A DNA stretch of 64,000 nt from Verrucomicrobiota bacterium (lineage in GTDB: Bacteria > Verrucomicrobiota > Verrucomicrobiia > Limisphaerales > Palsa-1400): assembly GCA_049510745.1 (NCBI GenBank), contig JBEKYR010000004.1, positions 1-64,000 of the forward strand, given 5' to 3'. The position numbers were made by a program, and so were the translations under genes. Of the stretch, positions 1 through 10,031 are shown piece after piece; the stretch's first letter is position 1; the number at the start of each line of letters is the position of its first letter. The notes beneath the pieces are model-generated. The model ran no database searches and had not been told where the DNA came from. It worked only from the letters and a program-made list of their open reading frames with translations.

Positions 1-154
1 CTCGAAGGGGTCGTCAGTTATCAGGGACAGACCAATCTGCCGCGCTTATCCAGCCAGGATTCGCGCGAAAGCTTGACAGCTTCCGCCACGTCGCCCAACA
101 CCTGCCATGCCATGATGCGCGCACCCTTATACCACTTCTAGTCCGTAATTGCAC

Positions 155-241
155 TATTCTAAAAGCATTGGGGTCAACTTCATTATTCTAAAAGCATTGG
201 GGTCAACTTCATTATTCTAAAAGCATTGGGGTCAACTTCAT
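155..241. repeat. Three perfect head-to-tail copies of a 29-bp unit (TATTCTAAAAGCATTGGGGTCAACTTCAT), no spacers
   Basis: Copies at 155-183, 184-212 and 213-241; a fourth partial copy at 254-275 runs into the inverted-repeat element. Confidence 0.95.
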
Positions 242-259
242 TGGCTAAATGGGAAAGCA

Positions 260-364
260 TTGGGGTCAACTTCATACATTCAACAATTGAGTTAACGTGC
301 GGTAGGCTGCCGGATAGGGCTGAACAAAATCGGCGAAATGTTGAATGTATGAAGTTGACCCCAA
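260..364. mobile_element. Small non-autonomous inverted-repeat element (MITE/REPIN-like) with GGGGTCA...TGACCCC termini
   Basis: Perfect 26-bp inverted repeat TTGGGGTCAACTTCATACATTCAACA (260-285) / TGTTGAATGTATGAAGTTGACCCCAA (339-364) around a 53-nt core. Mobility is inferred. Confidence 0.65.
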
Positions 365-401
365 ATCGCAACACCCCAAATCGCAAACACAAATCGCAAA
401 A

Positions 402-554
402 TCGGCGGAGGAATCCCGGGCTGGCATCCGTGTTCCGCCCGGTTTCAAAGTCGAGATCGTCGCGAGCGAGCCGCTGATTGAAAGTCCCGTCGCCTTCGAG
501 TGGGGCGCGGATGGAAAACTTTGGGTGGTCGAAATCCGGGATTATCCCAGTGGA
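402..554 (+). pseudogene. Fragment of a PVC-type membrane-bound dehydrogenase / heme-binding protein N-terminal domain
   Basis: Translates SAEESRAGIRVPPGFKVEIVASEPLIESPVAFEWGADGKLWVVEIRDYP, typical of the family N-terminus. About 50 codons only, no proper start, degenerates into G-rich sequence. Confidence 0.7.
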
Positions 555-706
555 ACGGGTGGGGGTGGCGGGGAGGCCCGCCGGGACGGGAGCCAGGTTC
601 CGGCGTCGCCTGGTTCATCCGCCGGATCCACCGCCTGGCGTTGCACGCCGCCCCGATGAAATCCGGTGACGCGGCGCGCCACATTCTCTGTTGAAGAATG
701 CCAGTT

Positions 707-2221
707 TCAATCCCTCAGTTTGCTCCGCCAATGACCATAGCAGAAATAGAGCGCCAGGCCCGCCACCAACCAGATGCCGAATCTCAGCCAGGAAACGCGC
801 GGCAGCGCGGCCATCAGCCAGCCGCAGGTGATGATCGAGCTGATCGGCACCCAGGGCACCCACGGCGTCTTGAAACCGCGCGGGCGGTCCGGCTCGGTCT
901 TGCGCAGGATGATAATGCCCACCGCGACGAGAATGAAGGCGAAGGCCGTGCCAATGTTGCAAAGCTCCACCACCTCATCGATGTTCATCACCCCGGCGAA
1001 CGCCGCCACCAGGATGCCGGTCAAGAGGGTCGAGAGGTGCGGTGTCCGATATTTGGGATGCACGGCGCAGGCCCAGGGCGGCAGCAAACCATCCCGCGCC
1101 ATGCTGAAAAAAATGCGCGTCTGACCCAATTGAAAAACGAGCAACACCGACGAAGTGGCCAGCAGCGCGCCCACTGAGATAATCACAACCACCCAGTTCA
1201 AGCCCAGGCCGGTGAACGCGGTCGCCAGCGGCTCGGCCGTGTCGAGTTTGCTTGAAGGCAGCATCCCGGTCAGCACCACGGCGACGGCGATATAGATGAC
1301 GGTGCAAACGCCAAGGCTGCCAAGGATGCCGATGGGCATGTCGCGTTTCGGCTGGCGGGTTTCTTCCGCCGCCGTCGAGACCGCGTCGAATCCGATGTAA
1401 GCGAAAAAAATGATCGCTGCGCCGCTGACGATGCCCTTCAACCCATGCGGCGCGAAGGGCGTCCAGTTGGCCGGTTTCACGTAATGCGCGCCCAGGATTA
1501 TGAAGAACAACAGGATGACCAGTTTCAGGACGACCATCGCCGAGTTGAACCAGGCGCTTTCCTTGATCCCCCTGACCAGCAGCCAGGTCAGCAGCATGAC
1601 GATGCCAAAGGCGGGCAGGTTGAAAATAATCGGCACACCGAGCAAACGCGGCGCCTCATGCCAGGCCTGGGCGGCCCGCAACACGCCCGCATCCAGCGTG
1701 GAAAGATCAACGTGTCGGACGGTGGCGTCCGCCACCGCGGCGGCGGCTTGGAACGCGGACCGAAAGTCCACCCCCAGCCAGCCGGGCCACTGATAATGCA
1801 GCAAGGCCTGAAAATACCCCGACCAGGAAATTGCCACCGCGACATTCCCCACCGCGTATTCCAAAATCAGGTCCCAGCCGATGATCCACGCCGCCAACTC
1901 GCCCAGCGTCGCGTAGGCATACGTGTAAGCCGACCCGGACACCGGCGCCATGGACGCGAATTCGGCGTAGCACAGCCCTGCCAGCGCGCAGATCGGCGCC
2001 ATGAGCAGGAAGGAAACAATGATCGCCGGTCCCGCCCCGGTGTGGTCCGCGCCCCCCGCTGCCGCCGTGCCGACCGTGGAGAAAATCCCCGCGCCGACAA
2101 TCGCCCCCACGCCAAATAACGTCAAATGCACCGGCCCAAGCACTCGCTTCAGCCGGTGTTGCGGCTCGATGGTCTCGCTCACAAGCTGGTCAAGCGACTT
2201 GCGGCGGAAAAGCTGGCGCAT
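707..2221 (-). CDS. APC-family amino acid permease
   Basis: GVGAIVGAGIF, CYAEFASMAPVSGSAYTY and FFAYIGFDAVSTAAEE motifs; many TM helices; start placed at MRQLFRRKS. Confidence 0.93.
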   Translation of the reverse strand: MRQLFRRKSLDQLVSETIEPQHRLKRVLGPVHLTLFGVGAIVGAGIFSTVGTAAAGGADHTGAGPAIIVSFLLMAPICALAGLCYAEFASMAPVSGSAYTYAYATLGELAAWIIGWDLILEYAVGNVAVAISWSGYFQALLHYQWPGWLGVDFRSAFQAAAAVADATVRHVDLSTLDAGVLRAAQAWHEAPRLLGVPIIFNLPAFGIVMLLTWLLVRGIKESAWFNSAMVVLKLVILLFFIILGAHYVKPANWTPFAPHGLKGIVSGAAIIFFAYIGFDAVSTAAEETRQPKRDMPIGILGSLGVCTVIYIAVAVVLTGMLPSSKLDTAEPLATAFTGLGLNWVVVIISVGALLATSSVLLVFQLGQTRIFFSMARDGLLPPWACAVHPKYRTPHLSTLLTGILVAAFAGVMNIDEVVELCNIGTAFAFILVAVGIIILRKTEPDRPRGFKTPWVPWVPISSIITCGWLMAALPRVSWLRFGIWLVAGLALYFCYGHWRSKLRD

Positions 2222-2375
2222 AAACGGCCCAAAGCAAATTTGACCGGCGGCGCGAAGGCAAGAAGAAAAGAGATCCGGCGCGGATGAGTTTTTTAACCCT
2301 GCGGGTTCCAGGAAGCAATTGCGGGCTTGCTCACGGCGCGGGCGCGGCGCTATGGTGAGGACCGGAATTGCGCTC

Positions 2376-4154
2376 ATGAAAAAAATTCATTTCCTCTTGT
2401 GTGTTGCGCTGGCGGGGTGTTCCTTCGGCGGACTGCCCCTTGAATCAGCCGCCGCCGGCAGCGGGGACGCGGCTTTTAACCAGCTTGCCGATGAATACTT
2501 GACAGGTTTTCTGGCCTGGCGGCCGCTGCAAGCAATGCAACTGGGCTTCCACCAGTACGACGGAAAGCTCACGGATTGCAGCCGGGCTTCCATTGAAGGG
2601 GAAATTGTCCGGCTCAAGGCGTTTGATCGCCGGCTGGACGGGATCAATACGGCGGCGCTCAGTCCGCAGTCGCATTTCGATTTCCGCAATTTGCGCGCGG
2701 GAATCCGGCGCGAGTTGTTCGGCCTGCAAGAGATGGGGTCCTTCTGGCGCAACCCGATGACTTACGCCGGGGCGCTGGATGTCAGCCCGTATATCAAGCG
2801 TGACTTCGCGCCCCTGGAGCAGCGGGCGCGCTCGATCATCGCCATTCTCAAACTGGCGCCGGCCGTTATGGCCGCGGGCCGCGCCAATCTCGAGGATTCA
2901 CTGCCCAAACCGTGGCTGGAAGCGGCCATTGAAGTGGGCGACGGCTCGGCGAAGTTTTTGGAAAAGGACCTGATGGACGCCCTCCAGGGCGTCAAGGACG
3001 CGGGCTTGCGCGCGGAACTCAACGCCGCCGACCAGCAGGCCGTCGCGGAAATGCGCGGTTTTGTGAAATTCCTGAAGGACGAGAAATTGCCCAGGGCGGG
3101 CAGCCCGTTTGCGCTGGGCGCGCCCAACTTCGCCAAAATGCTGCGCGAGGGCGAGTTGATCACGCAGTCGCCGGAAGAGATTCTGCGAATCGGCCTGGCG
3201 GAATTGCGTCGGGAGCAGGCTCTTTTCGCGGAAACGGCGGCCAAGATTGATGCGACGCAGAAGCCGATTGACGTTTTCAACCAAATCCAGCGCGATCATC
3301 CGACCGCCGAAGGATTGATCCCGGACACGCGAAAAGACTTGGAGGCCATACGGAAATTCGTCATTGACCATCACATTGTCTCGATCCCCTCGGAGGTGCG
3401 TCCGCGCGTGGAGGAAACGCTGCCGTTTGAACGGGCGGACAGCTTCGCCTCGATGGACAGCCCCGGCCCGTTTGAAACGAATGCGACGGAAGCCTATTAC
3501 TATGTGACGCCGGTGGAGACCAACTGGACGGCGCAAGAAAAGGAGGACTGGTTGCGCGCGTTTAATTATTACACCAGCGACGTGGTCTCCATTCATGAGG
3601 TTTATCCGGGGCACTACGTTCAATTCTTGTCCATGAACGCCTCGACCGCCACGAGACTGGAGAAAATTCTGGGCAGCTACGCTTATATTGAAGGATGGGC
3701 GCATTACTCGGAGCAAATGTTGATCGATGAAGGGTATGGCGAGGTCGGACCGGCGGCGGGCAGCCAGCCCGTCGCGCTCAAGACGGCGAAATTCCGCCTG
3801 GCGCAACTGGACGAGTCGATGTTGCGGGTTTGCCGCCTTTGCGTGGCGATCAAGATGCATTGCCAGGGGATGTCGTTGGAGGAGGGAACGAAGTTTTTCC
3901 AGGACAACTGTTATTACGGAGAGAAACCCGCCCACGCCGAGGCGAGGCGCGGGACGTTCGATCCGGGTTACGCCAACTACACGCTGGGCAAGCTGATGAT
4001 TCTCAAACTGCGCAGGGATTTCCAAGCGCAGGAAGGGGCACGGTATTCGCTGGAGAAATTTCACAATGAATTCCTGCGCCACGGCATGCCGCCGGTGCCG
4101 CTGCTGCGGACGCTTCTGCTCAACGACTCGCGTTTGTGGGACGAAGCGCTTTGA
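2376..4154 (+). CDS. DUF885-family exported protein (putative metallopeptidase-like)
   Basis: Signal peptide MKKIHFLLCVALAGC; HEVYPGH, EGWAHYSE and YTLGKLMI motifs. Confidence 0.88.
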   Translation: MKKIHFLLCVALAGCSFGGLPLESAAAGSGDAAFNQLADEYLTGFLAWRPLQAMQLGFHQYDGKLTDCSRASIEGEIVRLKAFDRRLDGINTAALSPQSHFDFRNLRAGIRRELFGLQEMGSFWRNPMTYAGALDVSPYIKRDFAPLEQRARSIIAILKLAPAVMAAGRANLEDSLPKPWLEAAIEVGDGSAKFLEKDLMDALQGVKDAGLRAELNAADQQAVAEMRGFVKFLKDEKLPRAGSPFALGAPNFAKMLREGELITQSPEEILRIGLAELRREQALFAETAAKIDATQKPIDVFNQIQRDHPTAEGLIPDTRKDLEAIRKFVIDHHIVSIPSEVRPRVEETLPFERADSFASMDSPGPFETNATEAYYYVTPVETNWTAQEKEDWLRAFNYYTSDVVSIHEVYPGHYVQFLSMNASTATRLEKILGSYAYIEGWAHYSEQMLIDEGYGEVGPAAGSQPVALKTAKFRLAQLDESMLRVCRLCVAIKMHCQGMSLEEGTKFFQDNCYYGEKPAHAEARRGTFDPGYANYTLGKLMILKLRRDFQAQEGARYSLEKFHNEFLRHGMPPVPLLRTLLLNDSRLWDEAL

Positions 4155-4220
4155 CAAAATCACCCAAATCCAACCGGCGTTTTTGACTTTCGCCCCGCGT
4201 TCACCTAGTGTCCTCGCCGT

Positions 4221-5531
4221 ATGAATGTGATCTCCTGGCGCGACGCGGATTTTGCCGCCCAAATCGCGCGCCTCCTGGCGCCGTCGAGTTTGTTCGATCC
4301 GGCCATCGAAGAGCAGACCCGCGCCATTATCGAGGCGGTGCGAACGCGCGGCGACGCCGCCCTGATCGAATTGACCGAACGGTTCAACGGCGCCCGCCTG
4401 GAGCCGGACCAGTTCGCCGTCAGCCAGGCGGAATTGATGGCGGCGTTCTTGCAGGCCGATGCGGCCTTGCGCGCGGCCCTCGCCGAAACGACCGGAAATG
4501 TCGAGGGCTTCGCCAGACGGTCGCGGCGCAAGGACTGGTCGATGCGCAACAGTCATGGCGCGATGGTCGGGGAAAAATTCGATCCGTTTACGCGGGTGGG
4601 CATCTATATCCCCGGCGGCGCCGCCCCGCTGGTTTCGACGGCGCTGATGACCGTGCCCCTGGCGCGCGTGGCGGGTTGCCGCGAGATTGTGGTTTGCACG
4701 CCCTGCGACCGCGACGGCCAGGTCAACCCGGCGCTGCTTTTCGCGGCGCGGCGCGCGGGGGCGACGGAGATTTACCGGCTGGGCGGGGCGCAGGCCATCG
4801 CCGCCCTGGCCCTGGGCACCGCGACCATCCGTAAAGTCAATAAAATTTTCGGCCCCGGCAATGCCTACGTGGTCGCGGCCAAACGCCTTTTATTCGGCCA
4901 CGCGGCGATGGATTTGCTGCCCGGCCCGAGCGAGCTGCTGGTGCTGGCCGATGACACGGCCAATCCGGTCTTCGTCGCGGCGGACCTTCTGGCGCAGGCC
5001 GAGCACGGCTCCGGCCACGAGCGCGTCTGGCTGCTGACGCCTTCGGCCAGACTGCTGGGCGCGGCGCGGCGCGAAATCTCGCGCCAACTGCCCAAACTGG
5101 CGCGGCGCGATTTGATCGAGCGCGCCCTGGCCCGCAACGGCTGGCTGGTGCAGGTCAGAGACATGGAACAGGGTGTCGAACTGGCCAACCGCCTGGCGCC
5201 GGAACACCTGGAAATCATGACCCGCCAACCCGCCCGCCTGGCGCGGTCGCTGCTCACCGCCGGCGCGATTTTTCTGGGCAACGAATCCCCCACGGTTTTG
5301 GGCGATTACGTGGCCGGTCCCAGCCACACGCTCCCCGCCGGCGGCACCGGCGCCAGCTTCGCCGGGCTGACCGTGGACCAGTTTCAGCGCCGCACCAGCA
5401 TCGTCGAGTACAAAAAGCCGGCGTTGGGAAAGGCTCTCCGCGCCGTGGAAAAATTCGCGGAAATGGAAGGTCTCGACGCGCATGGCTGGTCGGCGGCGGC
5501 GCGCCTGGCCGGCGGGCGAAAACGACGATGA
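4221..5531 (+). CDS. hisD: Histidinol dehydrogenase
   Basis: VGIYIPGG, GGAQAIAALA, IFGPGNAYV, PGPSE, DLLAQAEH, APEHLE and GDYVAGPSHTLP motifs. Confidence 0.97.
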   Translation: MNVISWRDADFAAQIARLLAPSSLFDPAIEEQTRAIIEAVRTRGDAALIELTERFNGARLEPDQFAVSQAELMAAFLQADAALRAALAETTGNVEGFARRSRRKDWSMRNSHGAMVGEKFDPFTRVGIYIPGGAAPLVSTALMTVPLARVAGCREIVVCTPCDRDGQVNPALLFAARRAGATEIYRLGGAQAIAALALGTATIRKVNKIFGPGNAYVVAAKRLLFGHAAMDLLPGPSELLVLADDTANPVFVAADLLAQAEHGSGHERVWLLTPSARLLGAARREISRQLPKLARRDLIERALARNGWLVQVRDMEQGVELANRLAPEHLEIMTRQPARLARSLLTAGAIFLGNESPTVLGDYVAGPSHTLPAGGTGASFAGLTVDQFQRRTSIVEYKKPALGKALRAVEKFAEMEGLDAHGWSAAARLAGGRKRR

Positions 5532-5551
5532 GAAACGCCCGCGCTTTGCGG

Positions 5552-5854
5552 CTACGCCAGCAGTTGCCGGGCGTGGGCCAGCAGTTCCCGTTCGATTCGG
5601 CTTTTGAACGGGAGGGCGGTGAAAGGCAGATTTATATCCACCCGGATTTGGGCCGACTGCACCTCCAGCCTCCCGGCGACGGAGAAGCCCCGGGCGCGAA
5701 AGCTGAACGTGTCCACGTAACCGGTCCAGGTTTCGGCGACGTCGCTCACCTGGCCGGAAGTTTGCGCGCGGGTTTCGGCGATCAACCGGGCGATGCGCTG
5801 CCTGGCTTCCTCCTGGCCCAGTTGGTGCGGGACGGACAAACTGATTTTCGGCAT
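5552..5854 (-). CDS. Polyhydroxyalkanoic-acid-system family protein (PHA_gran_rgn-like)
   Basis: 100 aa; MPKISLSVPHQLGQEEARQRI...VDINLPF pattern. Confidence 0.75.
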   Translation of the reverse strand: MPKISLSVPHQLGQEEARQRIARLIAETRAQTSGQVSDVAETWTGYVDTFSFRARGFSVAGRLEVQSAQIRVDINLPFTALPFKSRIERELLAHARQLLA

Positions 5855-5891
5855 GAGACACTATAGAGAAACGGCGGCGGCGGGCAATCCT

Positions 5892-6698
5892 TCAAAAGTC
5901 CTCCGCGCAAAGGGAACAGGGCCGCTGGCCCCCTTTGGGTTCGCGTTCCAGCGCGTGCGCTTCCCACACCAGGCGCAGCCCCTCCAACGTCAGCAGCGGT
6001 TCCACCGCCGTGATCTCGGGGAGTTTGGAGGAAATGAGCCGCGCGTAACCGCCCGTGGCGACGACCGGCAGGCGGGGGCAGCGCAAGGCGCGTTTCAAGT
6101 CGCCCACCAGTTGGCGGATCAGTCCGCGATAGCCATGCACCGCGCCGATGAGCATGGCTTGCCCGGTGTTTCTGCCCACCGCGGCGGTCACTTCCCGGAT
6201 GCGAATCCGCGGCAACAACGCGGTCTTTTCATGGAGATAATCGGTCATGGCGTTGAGGCCGGGGGCGATGACGCCGCCGACGTAGTTGCCGCGCCGGTCC
6301 ACCACATCGAAGGAAACCGCCGTGCCAAAATCCACCACCACGGCGGGCGCCCCAAAGTGGCGGCGCACCGCCACGGCATTGGCCAGGCGGTCCGGGCCGA
6401 TGGTTTCCGGCCGGGGGTAATCGATGCCCACGCCGCGCACCGTCCTGGCGGTCAAAACCAGGCAAGGCAGGTTAAAGTTGGTCTTGACGAACTTCACCAC
6501 CACGGGCGTGACGGCCGGCACGACGCTGCACAGGATGGCGCCGGTGAGCGCCGGGGTCTGGAGCAGTCGGGCCGCCGCCCGCTCCCCCTCCCCTGCCCGC
6601 CAGCCGCGTGTGGGAACATCGCCCTGGCGCACGACGCGGCGCGCATCAGCCAGGCCGATGTGCGTGTGAGTATTGCCAATGTCAAACAATGCAATCAT
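5892..6698 (-). CDS. coaX: Type III pantothenate kinase
   Basis: FDIGNT, SVVP, GPDR, VVDFGTA, GGVIAPG, ATGG and LTLEGL motifs; start at MIALFDIGNT. Confidence 0.95.
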   Translation of the reverse strand: MIALFDIGNTHTHIGLADARRVVRQGDVPTRGWRAGEGERAAARLLQTPALTGAILCSVVPAVTPVVVKFVKTNFNLPCLVLTARTVRGVGIDYPRPETIGPDRLANAVAVRRHFGAPAVVVDFGTAVSFDVVDRRGNYVGGVIAPGLNAMTDYLHEKTALLPRIRIREVTAAVGRNTGQAMLIGAVHGYRGLIRQLVGDLKRALRCPRLPVVATGGYARLISSKLPEITAVEPLLTLEGLRLVWEAHALEREPKGGQRPCSLCAEDF

Positions 6699-6778
6699 CG
6701 GCCCATCGTTCCCCAATTCGCCGGGAAAGTAAATCCGCGGGAAGACCCCGGCGCGGGTGATCCGCCTCCTCCTAATCG

Positions 6779-9760
6779 ATGCGAATAAACATCCCCAGCC
6801 CAATCATCGAGAACTGCGCCGATCCGCTGCGGGTGAAGGCGTGGCTGGAACAATGGCCGGCCGACGGCTCGGGCATCCGCTGGAAAAAACTGTCCGCCGC
6901 CCAAGCCCGCGTGCTGGTCTCGCTCATCAGCGGGTCGCAAGCCTCCGCCGAGTTGCTGCGGGCGCATCCGGACTGGCTGCCGCCTTTGCTGGAACCGGGG
7001 TTTCTGGAGCACCCGCGCCGGGAGCAGGGTTTCCGGCGGGAGGTCGAGCATTGGCTGGCGCCGATGCTCCAACGCGGCGAGGACGAGGCGGCCTTCGCTT
7101 GTTTGCGCCAATTCAAGCAGCGGGAAATGCTGCGCATCGCCGCGCGCGACCTGGCCCGGCTGGGCGACCTCTTCCAGATCACGCGGGAGCTTTCCGACGT
7201 GGCCGATGTCTGCCTCCAAGCGGTCTATCGGCTTTGCCAGAAGCGTTTGCTCGAACGGCTCGGTTCTCCGTACCACCTCGACGCGCAGGAGCAGTGGCGG
7301 GAAACAAAATTTTGCGTGCTGGGCCTGGGCAAGCTCGGCGGACAGGAATTGAATTACAGTTCGGACATCGATGTTCTCTTTGTCTATACGGAGGAGGGAA
7401 ATGTTTTCAAAGCTCCGCCCCGCCTCCACGAGCAAACGGGCCGGGGCCTGACCAATCACCAGTTCTTCTTGCGCCTGGGGGAAATGATGATCGCCGAAAT
7501 CCGGAAGATGGCCGCGGAAGGCGCGCTCTATCGCATCGACCTGCGCCTGCGGCCGGAAGGCAAGGCGGGGCCGCTGGCGCGTTCCCTGGGGAGTTACGAG
7601 AATTACTACGCGGAATGGGGGCAAACTTGGGAGCGGATGATGCTGCTCAAGGCCCGGCCCGTAGCGGGCGACGTTTCCCTGGGGGCCGAATTCCTGGAAA
7701 TGATCCACTCCTTTCGTTATCCCCGCTCGCTGAACCAGCGGATTCTGCGGGAAGTGGCGGCGATCAAGGCGCGGATAGAAACCGAGATCGTCAAGGCGGG
7801 GGAACTGGACCGCAACGTCAAGCTGGGGCGCGGCGGCATCCGCGAAATCGAGTTTTTGGCGCAAACGCTGCAACTGCTGCACGCCGGCCGCCTGCCGTTC
7901 CTGCAAGGGGCGGCGACCGTTCCGGTGCTGGAAAAACTTGTCAAATACTCGCTGCTGACGCCGGACGACGCGGCGGAACTGGCCAAGTCTTATGTTTTCC
8001 TGCGGGAGGTCGAGCATCGCTTGCAGATGGAGGCCCACCAGCAAACCCACACCATCCCCACCGAGCGCCGGGCGCGGGAGCGGCTGGCCCGGCTGATGGG
8101 GTGCGCCACCCTGGCGGAGTTCGAGGAGGCGCGCCGGCAGCGCGCCGCGGCGGTGCGCCGGATTTTCAACCAGCTCCTGGCCGGAGACGAGCCGCCCGGC
8201 CCGGACCTGCCGCCGGTGGACGCGGCGGAAGCGGCAGGGCCGTGGAAGGAAGTCTTGACAAAGAGCGGCTTCCGGGACGCGGAGAGCGCCTTCGCCATGG
8301 TCAGGCTGTTTATCCGGGGGCCGGACTACGCCCATATTTCCCCGCGCACGGTGGAACTGGCGCGGGAACTGTGGCCGCGCTTTTTGGCGCTCTGCCCGCG
8401 GCCTCCGTCCGGCGCCGCGCCCAATCCGGAGCGGGTCCTGTCCGACCCGGACCGCGTGCTGGTGCGGCTGGCCAGTTACATTGAGGCCTACGGCGCGCGG
8501 GCGGCGCTCTACGAGTTGTGGACGCATAACCCGTCGTTGTTCGAGTTGTTGTTGCTCTTGTTCGACCGCTCGGAATTCCTGGCTGAACGGGCCATCCGCG
8601 CGCCCGATCTGGTGGATGAGCTGGAATCCAGCGGCCGGCTCAACCGGGCCAAAAGCGCGGAGGAAACGCTGGCGGACTTGCGCCACGGCACGGAGGACGC
8701 CGACCAGCGGCTGTGGTTGCGGCTCTATCATCAAGCCGAACTCATGCGCCTGGGGTTGCGCGACATTTTGGGCCTGGCCGACTTCGAACGGAACCTGTTC
8801 GAGCTTTCCTGCCTGGCCGACGCCTGCCTGCAATACGCGGTGGACGTGTTGATGCGCCGGCACAAATTGAAAAGCGCGCCCTTCTGTGTCGTGGGCCTGG
8901 GCAAACTGGGGGGGCGCGAGATCAATTACGGGTCGGACCTGGACATCGTCTTTGTCGCGCGCTCCGGGGCGGCGAACCTGCCCCAATGCCAGCGGCTGGC
9001 GGCGGAGTTGATGGAATTGCTCTCGGCCCAAACGGAGATGGGGGCAACTTTTCAGACCGACGCGCGGCTGCGGCCGGACGGGGAAAAGGGCCTGCTGGTC
9101 AACACACTGGAGGGGTTCGAGGAGTATTACCGGCGGCGGGCGGCACTGTGGGAGATTCAAGCCCTGGTGCGAACGCGCGCCATCGCCGGAGACCGCGAAG
9201 TGGGCGCCAAGTATGAACGGATGACCGGGGCGCTGGCCGATTTCTCCCCGCAAAACGTGGCGGCCGGGGCGGTCCCGGCGGCCTATACGCCGGCGTGGAT
9301 GAGTGAAATCGACCAGATGCGCGAGCGCATCGCCAGGGAGCGCACGCCGCCCGGCAAGGACCATTTGGCGATCAAGACCGGCACGGGCGGGTTGATCGAC
9401 GCGGAGTTTCTGGCGCAGGCCCTTTGCCTGGGCCACGGCTGGCACGAACCCAACACGTTGCAGGCCCTGCGGCGCGCGCGGGAAACGGGAGCGTTGGCGG
9501 AGGCGGACGGGGAATCGCTCTTGCGGAACTACGGCCAATTGCGGCGGATCGAGGAGATTTTGCGGCGCTGGAGTTTCGCGGGCGAAACCCTGCTGCCGGA
9601 CGAGGCGGCGCCCTTTCATCGGGTGTCGGTGCGATGCGGTTTTGCCGACGCCGGCCAATTCAGCCGGGCACTGCGGGACATCCGCGCCGGCATCCGCGCG
9701 GTGTACCTCAAGTATTTTCGGCCCTTGCCAGCCGGGCCAAAGGGTGATAAAATTACTTGA
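6779..9760 (+). CDS. glnE: Bifunctional glutamine synthetase adenylyltransferase/deadenylase
   Basis: Two nucleotidyltransferase halves (GKLGGQELNYSSDID...DLRLRPEG and GKLGGREINYGSDLD...DARLRPDG); KLGRGGIREIEF. Confidence 0.96.
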   Translation: MRINIPSPIIENCADPLRVKAWLEQWPADGSGIRWKKLSAAQARVLVSLISGSQASAELLRAHPDWLPPLLEPGFLEHPRREQGFRREVEHWLAPMLQRGEDEAAFACLRQFKQREMLRIAARDLARLGDLFQITRELSDVADVCLQAVYRLCQKRLLERLGSPYHLDAQEQWRETKFCVLGLGKLGGQELNYSSDIDVLFVYTEEGNVFKAPPRLHEQTGRGLTNHQFFLRLGEMMIAEIRKMAAEGALYRIDLRLRPEGKAGPLARSLGSYENYYAEWGQTWERMMLLKARPVAGDVSLGAEFLEMIHSFRYPRSLNQRILREVAAIKARIETEIVKAGELDRNVKLGRGGIREIEFLAQTLQLLHAGRLPFLQGAATVPVLEKLVKYSLLTPDDAAELAKSYVFLREVEHRLQMEAHQQTHTIPTERRARERLARLMGCATLAEFEEARRQRAAAVRRIFNQLLAGDEPPGPDLPPVDAAEAAGPWKEVLTKSGFRDAESAFAMVRLFIRGPDYAHISPRTVELARELWPRFLALCPRPPSGAAPNPERVLSDPDRVLVRLASYIEAYGARAALYELWTHNPSLFELLLLLFDRSEFLAERAIRAPDLVDELESSGRLNRAKSAEETLADLRHGTEDADQRLWLRLYHQAELMRLGLRDILGLADFERNLFELSCLADACLQYAVDVLMRRHKLKSAPFCVVGLGKLGGREINYGSDLDIVFVARSGAANLPQCQRLAAELMELLSAQTEMGATFQTDARLRPDGEKGLLVNTLEGFEEYYRRRAALWEIQALVRTRAIAGDREVGAKYERMTGALADFSPQNVAAGAVPAAYTPAWMSEIDQMRERIARERTPPGKDHLAIKTGTGGLIDAEFLAQALCLGHGWHEPNTLQALRRARETGALAEADGESLLRNYGQLRRIEEILRRWSFAGETLLPDEAAPFHRVSVRCGFADAGQFSRALRDIRAGIRAVYLKYFRPLPAGPKGDKIT

Positions 9761-9776
9761 CAAACAGGAGCGCAAC

Positions 9777-10022
9777 ATGCCTTTATACGAATACGAACTG
9801 TGCGAGGGCGACTGCGCGGCGTGCGGCGGAAAATTCACGCTGCGGCGCCCGCTGGACGCGCCGGAATTGAAAGTCTGCCCGGCCTGCCGCCGGCCCGTGC
9901 GCAAACTCATTTCCACCTTCAGTTCCCCCGTCAAACTCAAGCCGCTTTCGTTTTCCGACGCCAAGAAGGCCGGCTTCACGGTGCTCAAGCGCCTGGGCAA
10001 GGGGGAATACGAAAAGCAATAG
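9777..10022 (+). CDS. FmdB-family zinc-ribbon protein
   Basis: MPLYEY start, CAAC and CPAC Zn knuckles; AGGAG upstream. Confidence 0.88.
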   Translation: MPLYEYELCEGDCAACGGKFTLRRPLDAPELKVCPACRRPVRKLISTFSSPVKLKPLSFSDAKKAGFTVLKRLGKGEYEKQ

Positions 10023-10031
10023 GAGAGGCGA

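Noticed and set aside
155..275. 29-bp direct repeats as a CRISPR array
   Set aside because: Copies are contiguous with no spacers, no cas genes are present, and the repeat is the junction of an adjacent IR element.
6695..10000. 1101-aa minus-strand ORF
   Set aside because: Antisense shadow of glnE in GC-rich DNA; no recognisable motifs.
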